A stretch of DNA of 64,000 bases from Phoronis australis (Eukaryota; Animalia; Phoronida): contig NMRA01000314.1 in assembly GCA_002633005.1 (NCBI GenBank), positions 406,898 through 470,897 of the forward strand, written 5' to 3'. Shown in pieces: positions 24,957 through 38,095 of the stretch. The stretch's first letter is position 1. Every line of letters starts with the position of its first letter. Below the pieces are notes generated by a model. The model worked only from the letters and a program-made list of their open reading frames with translations, searched no databases and was not told the origin of the DNA. The translations under genes and the position numbers were made by a program.

Positions 24957-26089
24957 CTACAAATCCAAGAACACACAAGACATGAGAGATCACTGATGTT
25001 GGTACAATCAAACAAATTATTTTCACGCATCACAGACATCATTGCCTCCTTTCCACACACGTGCCGGCAAGATTCTGGGGAGCTAGACACAATTTTGTGT
25101 GGTCGTGTCTGGTCAGTACATGTCAATGCTGGTCAGTGCTGGTCAGCCAGTATTCTTACAAATTCAAAAGTTATATGTAGAACCATTATTAAGTTTAAGT
25201 AAGTCAAGTTACAAACTTAAAGTGAATAAACTTCATCTGGTCCACGGTGTTATCATTGTATAATTAGGAACACTAACGTACCCAAGAACCAAAACAAAGG
25301 ATTCCAACCAAAATATGAACCAAAACAATGCTTTTCAAAGATGGATGGTGTTACCCAGGTCTTTAGTAACAAAACTTCCGATGTTACTGATTTATTGTTT
25401 TATAACAATAGTTATTGAATTATGAGACAAAAACATGAATACATGTTAGAATCTTTACTTGACAACGCGCTTCATTAACAGTCCCGTATGATTTACACAC
25501 CAATGGACTGATACAGTTCAAAGGCCCCATCTACCAGCAGACCAATACTGAAAACACAGGACTGCAGACCACAGCATAGGATGACCATCATCACTGACTC
25601 ACTCAAGGTAACGCATCTCAGTTAATTACACCCAGCCCTCGTTAACATTCAGCTGCTCATATCCTGGATTACTATGTATAAACTGTAAGGATTACTTTCT
25701 GGTCATAGACAGTGAGACCCCAAGACGTCTAATTACAGTCATGTATCACAGCCAGAGCTTGTGGCGTGTAACTCCCATGACATCAAAGACATCACCAACC
25801 ACTTCCCTTATGATAACAATTAGATCTCATAAAAATCATGTAGGGATGACAATGCCATATACAAATCAGGTAACCTAATCAAATACCGGAAATTCAATAA
25901 CCAAACATTTGCATTTTAAACTTACTAATAGCCAAGTCCATTTAGTACTTTTAGTTTGGTTTCTTTTATGTACTAAATGGAAGACAATTTAATAATTGCT
26001 GTTGGACTATTGACAAAGTAGGAGCTTGAGGATATCTCATATCACTGTTTGACACTTAGCACGCAGTTAGGGACATCTCTGTTCTTACT

Positions 26090-26355
26090 TAACACAGGGA
26101 CGGCCATCTCTGGTCTCCCGTAACACAGGGACGGCCATCTCTGGTCTCGCGTAACACAGGGACGGCCATCTCTGGTCTCGCGTAACACAGGGACGGCCAT
26201 CTCTGGTCTCGCGTAACACAGGGACGGCCGTCTCTGGTCTCGCGTAACACAGGGACGGCCATCTCTGGTCTCGCATAACACAGGGACGGCCATCTCTGGT
26301 CTCGCGTAACACAGGGACGGCCATCTCTGGTCTCACGTAACACAGGGACGGCCAT
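26090..26355. repeat. Minisatellite, 31 bp unit, ~8.5 near-identical copies
   Basis: Unit TAACACAGGGACGGCCATCTCTGGTCTCGCG. Confidence 0.97.
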
Positions 26356-26761
26356 TTTATGACAACAGAATTATCAGGAGCTCCACAGCAACCATAAGAT
26401 TCGAAATTGTCGCAGAAAATAATTTGCATGTTCAATGTCTTTCGAATGATTCTTGAGGGACAATACGACTGGCAATTTCACACATATACAGATTAAATTA
26501 CTCTTCGCAGCATCCACCCAAACAGATCAGGGAAAATCTTACCAAAGCATGATGGACAACTGAAATTTGATTTCCCAATTCTTAAAAGTAAAAACAGCAA
26601 CAAATTATTACTAAATGTTCAACTTCCGCATCATAGCCATCATCAGACAATATTTTGAAAAATAAAAACTGAAAAGGTCAACTTTCGCAGATATTTAGGT
26701 GAGATTTTTCCATGTGCAAGTTTTTTTTTTCTATTTATTACTAAGCAAGGTGAGCTCTTAC

Positions 26762-26876
26762 CTGGGTAAGCTAGCCAGGTAGGCAATTAGTATGCGGATG
26801 TCATCATGACTCAGCTTCTCCAGGTGAGGTGAGGAAGGGAACACCAACAGAGGTCCTCCCCGACGGTCCCGTCCAC
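26762..26876 (-). CDS. trio: Trio/Kalirin-like exon, Sec14 (GGRDRRGGPLLVFPSSPHLEKLSHDDIRILIAYLASLP)
   Basis: CTGTAG| and AG|GTAAG; GGRDxRGGP motif of the Trio Sec14 domain; phase 1/2. Confidence 0.95.
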
Positions 26877-27494
26877 CTACAGGTAAAAAGGTTAAGCTGC
26901 CACTGGAACTTGTGCCAAGTCAAAACATTATAGTTTCACAAATTGTTGTATATATATGTTTGTATAATTAGCACATATTTTCAAAGTGATGTATATATAT
27001 ATAGCTGTATCATCAACAAAAGTTTATAAATTGAAGTACATGTCTCCGTATCATCAACAAAGGTTTACAAGTTGGTGTACATATATATCTGTATCATCAA
27101 CAAAATTTTACAAACTGATGTACATATATACCTGTATCACCAACAAAAGTTTACTAAGTCATGCACTTATGCAAATTTATGTATAACTGTGACCAATAAA
27201 ATTGAACGACCATAAGAACCAGAGATAAAACAGTGAACATCACTCAAACAATCTGACAAGTGTTCATGACTTTGTTGTTCTCATGACAAACAGGTAGGTG
27301 TAACCACTGCACATGTCTAGAAACTGCTGAAAGACGTGTCATAAATAATTTCTAACAGCAACACATACCGTGGTATTGTAAAACAGGTGGTAATTTCCAA
27401 AACAATAAGGAACAATCACGGTCAATCGTTTGTATCGTTTCATATCTTGTTTACAGCACAAATAGGAAAGTAAACAATGTTGAGGATATGTTAC

Positions 27495-27566
27495 CTGGTA
27501 GGTAGGCCACACGCTCCCTCAGCAGTGGAACTATGTTGGAAGCACATATTGCGTCGCGCTGTTTCT
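27495..27566 (-). CDS. trio: Trio/Kalirin-like exon, start of Sec14 domain (KQRDAICASNIVPLLRERVAYLP)
   Basis: TTTCAG| acceptor, CAG|GTAAC donor; matches recalled Trio MKAMDVLPILKEKVAYLSG; phase 1/1. Confidence 0.9.
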
Positions 27567-28844
27567 CTGAAATGATACATTGAAACGTATAACACACTGA
27601 GGGTACTTCTGTAGGACGGCATGCACTGATAATTCTATTCAGCATTCACACGCTATCCGATCACCTTTCCGATCCGCCGTCTGAAAGTTTTTCACGTCAT
27701 TCGAACACTCATCAGACGTTCAATCTGCGTTATTATTCTCTGTCCCCAAATCAAACGACAGATCTTCCTTCTTACCATGAGAAGGTTACATTCCAGAGAC
27801 ATAGCTTATGGTTTGGCTTTGTTTTACCATCGGTGATGGCTTGTGATTGGCCAGATTATTTGCAATTTCACATTTCATGAAATGACAGGCAGCCAATATG
27901 TTATATTTGAGAATGCTCTATAAGAGGCACACACGCCTTCTGATCCTGTTTTTCATACAAATTCCACACATGAAGCTGGTACTTAAGTGCTCGGCAAATA
28001 TCACAAGACACAGTTTTGCCATTTCCATTCAAAGATAAAAGTAACACCCCCTACCAATATGAAATTCCACCCAAAACATTCAACGTTTACAATATGTGAC
28101 TGACTTTAACTAATCACATTTACCTCGTTTTACAATTTGACAGATTATGTACAGTTCAGAAAGAAAGCTGACATCATCAACAGAGTTACCATGGGAACAG
28201 AAGCATTCTGGAAAACCTATGTAGCGCCATTTTTGGTTCATATTTTGGCATGGAACACCTTACTTTGATTTTTAATTACCATGACCAAGCACTCCTAATT
28301 ACCCACGGTAACACCTTGCGTAATTACAACCACCATTGTAAACGAAGTTCATCGATTCCTTCAGTAAAAAGATAAACAGTTGGAAACTTGAATTATGCTA
28401 ATTCAAAGTTTTTGAATTCAGCTTGACCTAATTACCACCGCATGGGGATGAAGATGTCATCGCCAACGTAGTTCTGCCATTGGGGGAAAGTTGACAGGAA
28501 CTTGAGTAGAGTCAAGATAACTCTAGCAATGCTTTGTTTTGACTGGATGATTTTGGTAGTTACTATGACTACTATACAAGGTTGTGTATACAACTATTGT
28601 TTACCATTCCGGGCTTGGATGTGACTCCAACATGTGAATTACTGTATTGATTATCAAAGTTTTACTGGATACTAGGTCTGAGTTAAACACCTTTGTCATT
28701 ATCAGCAAATTGATTGATCTCAATAGATGGCTAGTTACTCAAGTGAACACTCAACCATTCATTCTCACAGCCAACTCTAAAACAACTTGCACTAGCGCAA
28801 CTTAAACCCACTTTAAAGTGGAGCGTCCACGCACGCAAAAACGC

Positions 28845-28887
28845 ATGCACGAACACACGCACACACGCACACACACACACACACACG
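28845..28887. repeat. (CA)n/(CACG)n microsatellite
   Basis: Direct observation. Confidence 0.9.
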
Positions 28888-31097
28888 TATCCGATAACTA
28901 ATGTAAGGCAGAAATTGTCGTTCTGTACGTAACATTATGAACACCTACTACGAGTACGGCACGCAAAAGCAAACTCGTCTGTATGTAACCGCAGGTGATA
29001 ATTATTACTTAAGGGTAAGCCTGTGTGTGGACAGCACTTATGGCACCATCCTCTGCTTCCTGTCAAAAAATAACTTTTGACTTAGGCCATCTATGATATG
29101 TGGACGAACTGACAGAGCCCTATTACCTCTCAATACCAGACTTAGTAAGTACGGTGGACAGGCCCATGAACACAAGTTGATTAAATAAATGTTACGATGA
29201 TGGAGACTACACTTGTTTGTAGATGAAGAGATCAGTCATATTTTTTGTGTTAGAAATGGAGGGTTTTTGAAGCATGCAATAAATTAAGATTTAATTAAGA
29301 GACAGAGGGGGGCAATTTTTCTAAAATAAAATATGCTTTTACCATTAACCGCATTTTGACAAACAAGGGGATGTTATGTTACACAAGAAAAATTTGCGAA
29401 ATTTCCCTTCTACCATGGTTCAGTGACTGCCTGGTGTCCATTACTACCAGATCATTACAATGTAATTGACTAGTGAGTACAAAATAATTAGGTAAATGTT
29501 TTGCAGACCCAACAAAGAACAATATGCATAGTTCTATAACCTAGACAGGGTGTACATGACACTGAACGGTGTAAGCTAATTCTACAGTTGCTACACTCTA
29601 ATGGGTACAAGTAATTAAAGTAAAAAATTAATGATCTAGACATTTCCCATAGCCCTTGAAACGAACTATCCACAGAAAAAAATAAGACAAATCCCTCCAG
29701 AGACAGCAGAGCTATGGCTCAGCAAACCAAAAAAAAATTAAAATGGCCACTGCAGCGCCATCTTGTGTCTGAAGTCAACCAAAAACAATAGGCTTCGAGC
29801 CATGTACAAAGCACACATTTCGTGGAAATTTCATGACTAATGGATATGAAATGCGACCTGTACCGTGCAGTAAACAAAATATTTGACAACAGAGTAACAT
29901 ATTGGAGAGATGTCATTTCCAGTAATAACCAGCACACCTCTTGATCAGAAATTGATTTACGTACCTCATGTTTACTACATGAAAACGACATGTTCCATAG
30001 CATTAGCTCTCACATCAGAAACTCAACGCGACAATGGTGTAACAATACCACCCTTGAAGAGCCTATCACACTATCAATTATAGTCAGGTACACATAATGA
30101 TGGACAGACATCGATCACTACCACATCCAGGCCATAACATAACCTCAGTCTGCAGAGAGTCGGCTTAACTTGTAAAACAGCCATTCTCCCCATGGTTTTG
30201 TCACTGGAAAAATCGAGGGCACTCAAGAAAGTTCAATACGGTTTGATGGTCCATCGTTCTTTCAAGCATCAAAATTTAGGCTATCGAGTCTGTAACACAA
30301 GTCTGTAACACACCTGAGAATGTACTGTCTTGTATATGTTATACTTTGGGCCTATGGCCATACGTATATATTTCTATAGAGGGATGGAGCACAGCACAAA
30401 TGTTTGGTGCCGATGCATACGATTTTGTATGAAATATTACAATTACTAAAGACTTCAGCAGTGCAATGGAAGACAGAACTGGGTTAAGACTGCATGAGGC
30501 ATAAATCACTTCCCTAGATCAATAATTCAAAGGCAGCGATGCGTGTAATCACATAATCAAAATAGGGTGATTCACAAATTCGTTGCTGGAACAAAGTCAC
30601 GATCTTGAGTAGCAACTGAATTTTAATCTCCCAAACACATTACCAATTCTTCAAACCACTATAGGAACAATCGTGACCACAGAAATGGTCAATTAAAAAA
30701 TAGACTATTTAGAAATATCCAAATGTTCAACCTATGTCACATTAAAGTTAATTTTCAGAAGAGTTTTATTTGATGACTGAATAGTAAGCTTGAATTTCGT
30801 AACTACCTACCTATTTTGTTCAAGAATGCACAGTAACGGTTACCAAGAGGCAAAGTTTTACAAACTTAGAATTCAGTGTTGAAAAGGTGATTTAGGCCAA
30901 ACAGTTAATTCACTTGACAAGGCTGGTTTACCTTAAATGTTATTAGTCTTTTTGGAAATAAATCTCATCATTTCTTATCTTGTTCCAGCTACATGAGCAA
31001 TGGTCAGCAGCAAACATCAAGTTTTGATTCTGAAACTCAGACACTAAGTCAACAGATTAATTGCTAAAACACTGGAAACATTATTTACAATACTTAA

Positions 31098-32346
31098 GGT
31101 TATCTCAAACCTTATTCACAAAAATTGGACATTTCTACGTATCACGTGTCGAGCAAAATACCAAATTTTCATTCTCAGGGGACTTCAAATACAAATATAT
31201 ACTGTGTAGTATGAAAAAAAAAGATTTAAAAGAACCACCTTGGAACCGCACAACCGCATGGATATTTGTTTACTACTTATCCGAGGTCAAAGGTTACAGG
31301 GCTGTCACTCAAACTGAATCACCCGCCAGATACAGAGCAGCTTTGTATGTACCATCAGTGCTTTCATTCACCCAGTCCCCATAATATTGAGTCAATGAGG
31401 TGTACATATGATACAACGGTGCTGGGGAAAACGAAGACAAAACGTAGTTTTGATCCTGAGCTGAGGTGGGTGTGCATCTACATGCATACGTCGCTGAGAA
31501 TGAATGCTACGAGTTGCATGACGCCTGTGTGGTCACAAACACAGCAAGTTGTGAGAAGAGATAGATCCTCACTCAAATTTCTTAATTCAATAAGTAATTT
31601 GACATTTCGCTGTTTCGATCTCATGCTAACGTTGTGCTTTAACCACCGACTTCATTTCTGTTATCCATTTCTTATTAGGTTTTGCATCAGTCTCCCGTCA
31701 CGTGATGTGTAGAACAATGAACTGATGACCTGCTTTTAAGCAGGTCAAACAACAGTAACAGTTGATCCCACCTCGTAGCTAGGGATGATACGTTTTAACG
31801 ACAACTAAGTTAATTACGCATTGCAAATTCAGCTGACACTGCAAGTGAATGTTGAAATAGCGAACATGGTTAAGGCATGTATAGGTTATATTGACCGAAA
31901 ACAAGTTTTTACCAAATAAATTAACCGTTCACTTTGAAATTTTCACTTGTCCCAATTTAATCGGCTTTTTCTCAAATCGACTTAATACGAGTTCTCAAAA
32001 GCAAGTTGGTGGATTGTTATAGATACGAAACGAAACGACCAATAAAAAATTCCTAACAGCATTTTTTAAGTGAAGTGGTGAAGTTTTCATTTAAAAAAGG
32101 TTTCATTAAAATTGACTGAGGGGTTATTTTGCAATGAATGTACCTTTATTAAAAAAATGAAATTTTGACTTGAAAAAGGTCTTAACGTAATAATAATAAT
32201 ATTGGTACATAAATACAAAACATATTTTTGTATTCCCTGAACTTTTTTCTTTCAGAAAATATATACTTTTACTACTAGTTGACGAAGCCCAGTTTTTTGA
32301 AAAAACAAGTTAGAATAGAGGCGACTAAATAAGGTATGAGATAACC
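31098..32346. mobile_element. Non-autonomous Kolobok-like element
   Basis: TTAA flanks; 19 bp TIR GGTTATCTCA(A/T)ACCTTATT; a related right end occurs at ~43200-43321. Confidence 0.8.
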
Positions 32347-32572
32347 TTAAGTTTCGTTTAGGCTTAAAGAGTTCTCGTTATGCGTTTTCTTAGTTTTTGA
32401 GGTTTCAGTTAGCTAATATGAAATAAATATCATAAAATCTAATTAAATAAAGCAATTTTGATGCCAACAAGTTGCGAATATTTTAATTTTGAAGAAAAAT
32501 TAGTTACTTCCAAGTTTCCTGCGAAATGATGTAATGGGTGGAAGACGTTTAGTCACTTGACAATCAGTTGCA

Positions 32573-32908
32573 ATGGTGGAACACGTCAAATCAGAAGACG
32601 AGGACGATTTTGAGCGAGAACTGGACAATTATTATGCAGACAGAGAGGAGAGTGGATACGGGCATCACACTCAAGTACTTGAAGAGTTGGACAATGAATT
32701 CGATTTCCCACTAATCGAACTTTCATCGGCTTTGAGGCCATACGAACTCGACTCACTTGCACCAGGAACACTGCAGACATGTGAGCCACAAGTAAGTGAA
32801 CCAAGGGGTGGTCAATATTCACAAAATAGACACTTAATAATCACTGATGACAAACGCCACAGTAAACCTGGGTCATCCTATTTCCATGATGGAATGACCA
32901 CGGTCTAA
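32573..32908 (+). pseudogene. Acidic ORF, putative KolX-like accessory gene N-terminal stub
   Basis: Acidic N-terminus then LRPYELDSLAP, resembling the recalled PYxFEP motif; lies inside the TIR element, convergent with THAP. Confidence 0.5.
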
Positions 32909-33030
32909 ACACAATGCATAAGTCTACGTGGCGTAGCACTCGATCTGGGCCGGGGTCGAGAGCCTGGCATCATTCGCCTAAGAGTTCAGGCAGTTTCTTC
33001 GTTATTTATAAAATTTGCAAATATACTTAC

Positions 33031-33229
33031 AAGGTGGCAAGTCCTGCATCGTAACGCCGCTTTTGTGTTTGGTTGAAACACGATTCCTTGAAATGTGCTG
33101 ACATTCCACCCTCGTATGGTGCACAAACTGATGCCATTTCTGTGCAACTTTCACGTATTTAGGAAATTTGAACACAGATACGTTCTCAGTCTAGTTACTG
33201 TTACATCCTCCACAAACGCAACTTGTCAT
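33031..33229 (-). pseudogene. Degenerate THAP zinc-finger stub
   Basis: MTSCVCGGCNSN*TENVSVFKFPKYVKVAQKWHQFVHHTR / SAHFKESCF: CxxxxC, FP, W and SxHF signature; one stop, one frameshift. Confidence 0.85.
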
Positions 33230-36200
33230 ATCTAAAAAGGAAGCTCTCCGCGGACAATCCTCACAACTCTACTGGTAAAAACAACAACGACGGAAACAGT
33301 CTTCCACCCACTACGTACAACCTCGATAACAGAAAAATATTGTTTTTTTTTTAATTTTTGGCTTGTTTCTTAGCAACAGGTACATTAAAGGCTATTATTA
33401 TAACTCTAAGATGTATTAATAAAATTCCTTTTTGAGACATGGGGTCATGGTGGGAACTCTTTAAATCAATCAAAAATCCAAAAGATTTCCTTAAAAAATT
33501 CTCTAAACGAACTCTGTTTTGATAAGTTGATTTTTCTCAATTAATGATCTCCTGTTGACCCAGTTCAAGACAATTAACAGTTAAAGACTATGGTGTGGAC
33601 AGGCCTGATAGAAAACTTCCACAGCAAGGAAAATCCAATCTAAATAGATAATATTGATTGCTTAGGATTTAGACCTCCTCAAGCTCTGCTAATGGAAATT
33701 AGTGAGTGAATGTTACGACTACCCCCAGTAGGCATCTATGGTGCAGAATCCATTCAATAAAGTATACTGCTGCTATAATAGGTTGGTTTCCATAATTTCA
33801 TTATTATTAATGTCCAGTAGAGGTCTCTAGAGAGGTAGTCCCACACAACAAACCCACAAGAATCCTGCCAGAGTTCTGTTGTAGTTTGTATGACCTTTCA
33901 CTGGTTTACATTAGACTAAAAACAAATGTTATCTGCCAGTTCCCAAATACTCTGTATTGACTAGTTCAGTTATTGGGTTAACAGTACTCTCTATTATAAT
34001 GGGCACAACACATAAATTTCCTTGTTAATTATCATCTTGGAAAAATACAAGGGGTTTGGAAAACATAACTTGCGTAACATCACAACTCAAATAACAAGTT
34101 AATTAGAAGAGCAATGGCAAAGTATGAACAGTTTTGATCAAATTTGGAAGAATGTATCTCGGAAATGGCTAATAACATAAAACTTTCAAACACTACGCCT
34201 TGTACTTTCAGATACTATGCCTTATACACTATTCTCCAAAAAGCTGTTATGAATTGGTTTTAAAATGTTCCACTTATGTTATGTATGAGCGGCTATCAAC
34301 AATAAGACTTATACATGATTTTTATGAACAAAAATTGAAGTTGCAACTAGAATAAAAACAAAATAATAATTCAGAAAACTTTAACAGTGTTATTGAGATT
34401 TCATTTTGAACAGTTCCATTTTACAAAAAAATGGTCGTGTTATTGATCCTGTTGTTTTGCTACTAACGTAACTTTCTTTTTGCCAAATTTTCCCACAAAG
34501 CAAGGTCACGTAACCTAATTAGTGCCAGATAGGTAAAAAGTCAAATATAGAATTCTATGGAATGCCTTTCAGAAAATACATGCTTCTGCTGTGTTAAATT
34601 CTAGAAGATTGGTATCCAAATGTACAGACTTGACAATAAAAGGTCCCACATAACCTAAAGAAGCCAATGGAAGCTATGGGCCACAGTCAGAGCTGATACA
34701 GAATCCCCCTTATGTTTATGTAGGCTCCTTGGACAACACAGTGACAGCTGTACTGAAATGTCAAGTGCACAAGTGCAGCCCCTGAACCAAGAGATGTTGA
34801 CAGACAGAGACAGTGTGATGGGCTCCTGTCATATGGTGTGTGAAGGAGACAAGAATGTACAACCTATAAACCCAAGCAGTATTATTTACATCAAACTCTC
34901 ACCAATTTAGAATGCAAAAACAACAGCCCACTGAACTGAAAAGGAAAAATTCCTCGCGTTGGAACAGAACTAAAATGCAAGTTTCTCGCTTTTTCAGTAA
35001 AGATGTACAGTGCCTAATAGTTGCCTTACTATGGTCTCATGAGAAATACAGAATACATTTTTGAAAATGGTGCGGGTGTTCACCTCTGTTTATAAGTACT
35101 TGAAAAAAAATAATAAAAGGGAAATTTTTGGCAATTACTATTGTCCAAAATTTATGAGGTTTTACAGTAAAATTGTTTCTATAGGAACACTCACAATTAC
35201 TAGCCAGTGGTAGCTTCTGTTCAGCTTTGAATGTTGAAATTTGTTAAAAAGTTGAAGTTTGAACACTGCAGTCGCGCAAGTCAAGGTTTCCACAAGAAAC
35301 CAACTTTGTTGCTCTATGGCACCATTAGTTTACTTACAACCAACCACTCTACCAAATCTCAAAATCATTGACATCACTAAGAACAACCAACTTCTCACTT
35401 TTTGCACTTTCAAACACAACTCACAAAATCCCTTACTAGAAACAGACAGTGGTCAATTTCCTTACACGGTGACTGTGAAAGCATTATCAAAATACTTTAA
35501 ACGTTTTTTTCCAATATGACCCCAATTCATCCCACGTAATGATGACGAAGACAGGACAACCACATCATACTTTTGGAACTTGAGGAGAATCAAGTATTTG
35601 CAAATCAATGTCACTCATCTAACACAACCTTAGCCAAGGCAGTGTACGTCACCTCATACAATGGGTTCAGAAAGGCAGATTCAACCAAAGGCTAAAATAA
35701 AGTCAAAATTAACGCCTACATTATAAACAAGTCTGTTTTATTTCTCAGCTATTCACATTTACGCGGCCCATATTGTAGTCACATCTACACACTACGATAT
35801 TTAGTACGTGACTGTATGTGATTTTAGGATCACTCCCAATGCACGTCAGTTTTTGGATATGATTTGTAATTTTTTAGCTAAAAAATCGTGTCAGAAAACC
35901 TGTCCGATTCAAAGTTGTTCAGAAATTATATATTAACTAAAACTGAAAATTGGATAGAGCTTTAAGGGTATGTAGAACCCAAGAATAGTCATTAAATTCG
36001 GCTAACTTTAGAACACCATGCCTCACAAATGGCCGAGACGAAACATGATATTTTCATTGTGTAACTTTTGTGACTTAAGTAGGAACTTTTTGTGAGAATA
36101 ACCACATAATTCCCAGGCACAATCGTGGGAAGTTGGTATCTGATTTAGAGAACCAGTTTCATACACTAAATAACGGGCCCGTTATTCAGTAATTGCTTGG

Positions 36201-37941
36201 TTCTCTAAGTCAGGGACCGCTATATCCGACCAGTGCCGGAAGTTGAACGCACGATGAACACAAAGTAACTGAAAAATAGGGTGATAAAATTCCACTACCA
36301 AATGTCACTGTAGATGGCGCTGAACACTTCCCTACACATTCTCTGGTGCCATTGTTGTGACACTCCGTGCTTTATGTAGTGGAACAGCTCATTTCGACAT
36401 ATCACATCAGTATCAGAAAATGGGTACTCCACTGATTTTGGATTACTCTAGCAGAATGGACTTCACGCTGTGGAATCAAATTAATGAACATCAAATAAAC
36501 TACCAATCACGACAGGTCTTGACAGAATGTGCGTGAAGATACCTACCCATTTCACAGTGATGTTCTCACTATCCACAAATCATCATAGTAACACAACCAG
36601 TCCATCCAACTCACTGTCATAGAAAGACAATGGCACTCTCACTGACCTCAGCTGACCCAGATATTACAGAATCAACAAAATAGCCTGGCCATTAGTCCAT
36701 GCCACAACAATCCAAGATATGCCTGCCAGACACATCTAGACAAACATACATGTTGTGTGTCTTTATGTAGTCAGATGTCATACACCAACACAGACTACCC
36801 AGTTCCTGCTGTGTGCTCAGGAGAGACCAATGTACTTGAGTAATCCCTCAAACAAGACTCCAACAACACGACTCCCAAGCCTCAAAACAGTCCCCACTCG
36901 CTATGTATAAGACTGTCCATGTACAGTCAGCTATGTGAGTCTGATCATTCAACACTGACTTGGACACAGACTAATTTCTTCACCCCGCCACTTAAACACA
37001 CAGACATTTACATTCCGTCTCTAATTTAAGTGCAGCAATGCAGACTTCCACTGGCATTAGACAAACACATGGTGGCTAGGGTACACAGTCTCAACACAAC
37101 TGTATATCAGTCTTCTGTCTCACCAATACACAACTAGGCTCATGGTACCATATCGCCACCATCCCCACCACAGTCACCTCACTCCAGCAATGTCTTACAG
37201 CCAGACCAACTGTCACCATCCACTTGTCTTTGGTACACTGTGACCAGAGTCCCCCAATTTCAAACCAGGCAATCCTGCTCCAAACAGTAGCAGATCCATA
37301 AGGAAATTGCCTGCCACAAATCTGACACTGTTGATCTCTGCCAAGTCCCAGTCCACAGCTGATTCAGTCTTCACTGGTCTTCACAGAACACCATCAACAG
37401 TGGTGAATCCTAAATGCAATCAACGTTCAACTAGGGAAGGCTGAATCTATTAGCCTGATGACTGACTACTGGTCTCTTTTAATGAAATAACCAGGCCATC
37501 AAACTAGGAAATGAAAACAAGACAATCTAAATGGTTTAGTTCAGCTGAACTCTGAAGGAGTAAACAACTGTACATGACAAAAGCTTGAGACTGAAAGATT
37601 TATGCTGCTAAGCTGTCAATCCCTGTCATGATGAACTCAATCAATACAAATAGCCACAGAAGATGTAGGTAAAGTAACATGTTTCAGCCAAAGTAGAGTA
37701 AACAAGCGGTCCACAGGTGCAGACTGGCGGCAGCACACTAGGCAGAGAGGTGGGCTGCTGTGGCGATCACCATGGCAACAAACAAGTGAAGGGAACCAAG
37801 GAGAACCTTTTGTAGATGGACTGTGAAGAACACAACAGAGATAAAAAATACTACAGGGAAATCAAGCAGCTTGTTTAGATGTGTATGAAGCATGAAGTGG
37901 ATGTGTCTGTCACAACTATTGAGCGATGAGCTAAGTTTCCA

Positions 37942-38095
37942 NNNNNNNNNNNNNNNNNNNNNNNNNNNNNNNNNNNNNNNNNNNNNNNNNNNNNNNNNNN
38001 NNNNNNNNNNNNNNNNNNNNNNNNNNNNNNNNNNNNNNNNNNNNNNNNNNNNNNNNNNNNNNNNNNNNNNNNNNNNNNNNNNNNNNNNNNNNNNN
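37942..38095. other. Assembly gap followed by poly-C
   Basis: Run of N. Confidence 1.

Larger units (their letters stand above)
32368..33460. mobile_element. Kolobok-like DNA transposon, internally deleted
   Basis: TTAA flanks; TIR AGAGTTCTCGTTATG / AGAGTTCCCACCATG; inverted subterminal GGGTGGAAGAC; convergent stubs. Confidence 0.8.

Noticed and set aside
26042-26435. Repetitive ORFs and a CRISPR-like appearance
   Set aside because: Head-to-tail 31 bp units with no unique spacers, in a eukaryotic intron with no cas genes.
13505-27566. SESTD1 or MCF2L/Dbs as the gene identity
   Set aside because: Exon peptides follow the recalled Trio/Kalirin sequence colinearly (DQCxQLRLFE, YTEIGTS, FHQKAE, FQQDVxQVL).
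27776-27802. Mini-exon MSLECNLLM|GTAAG
   Set aside because: Phase 0, incompatible with the phase-1 acceptor at 27566; the phase-1 frame contains a stop.
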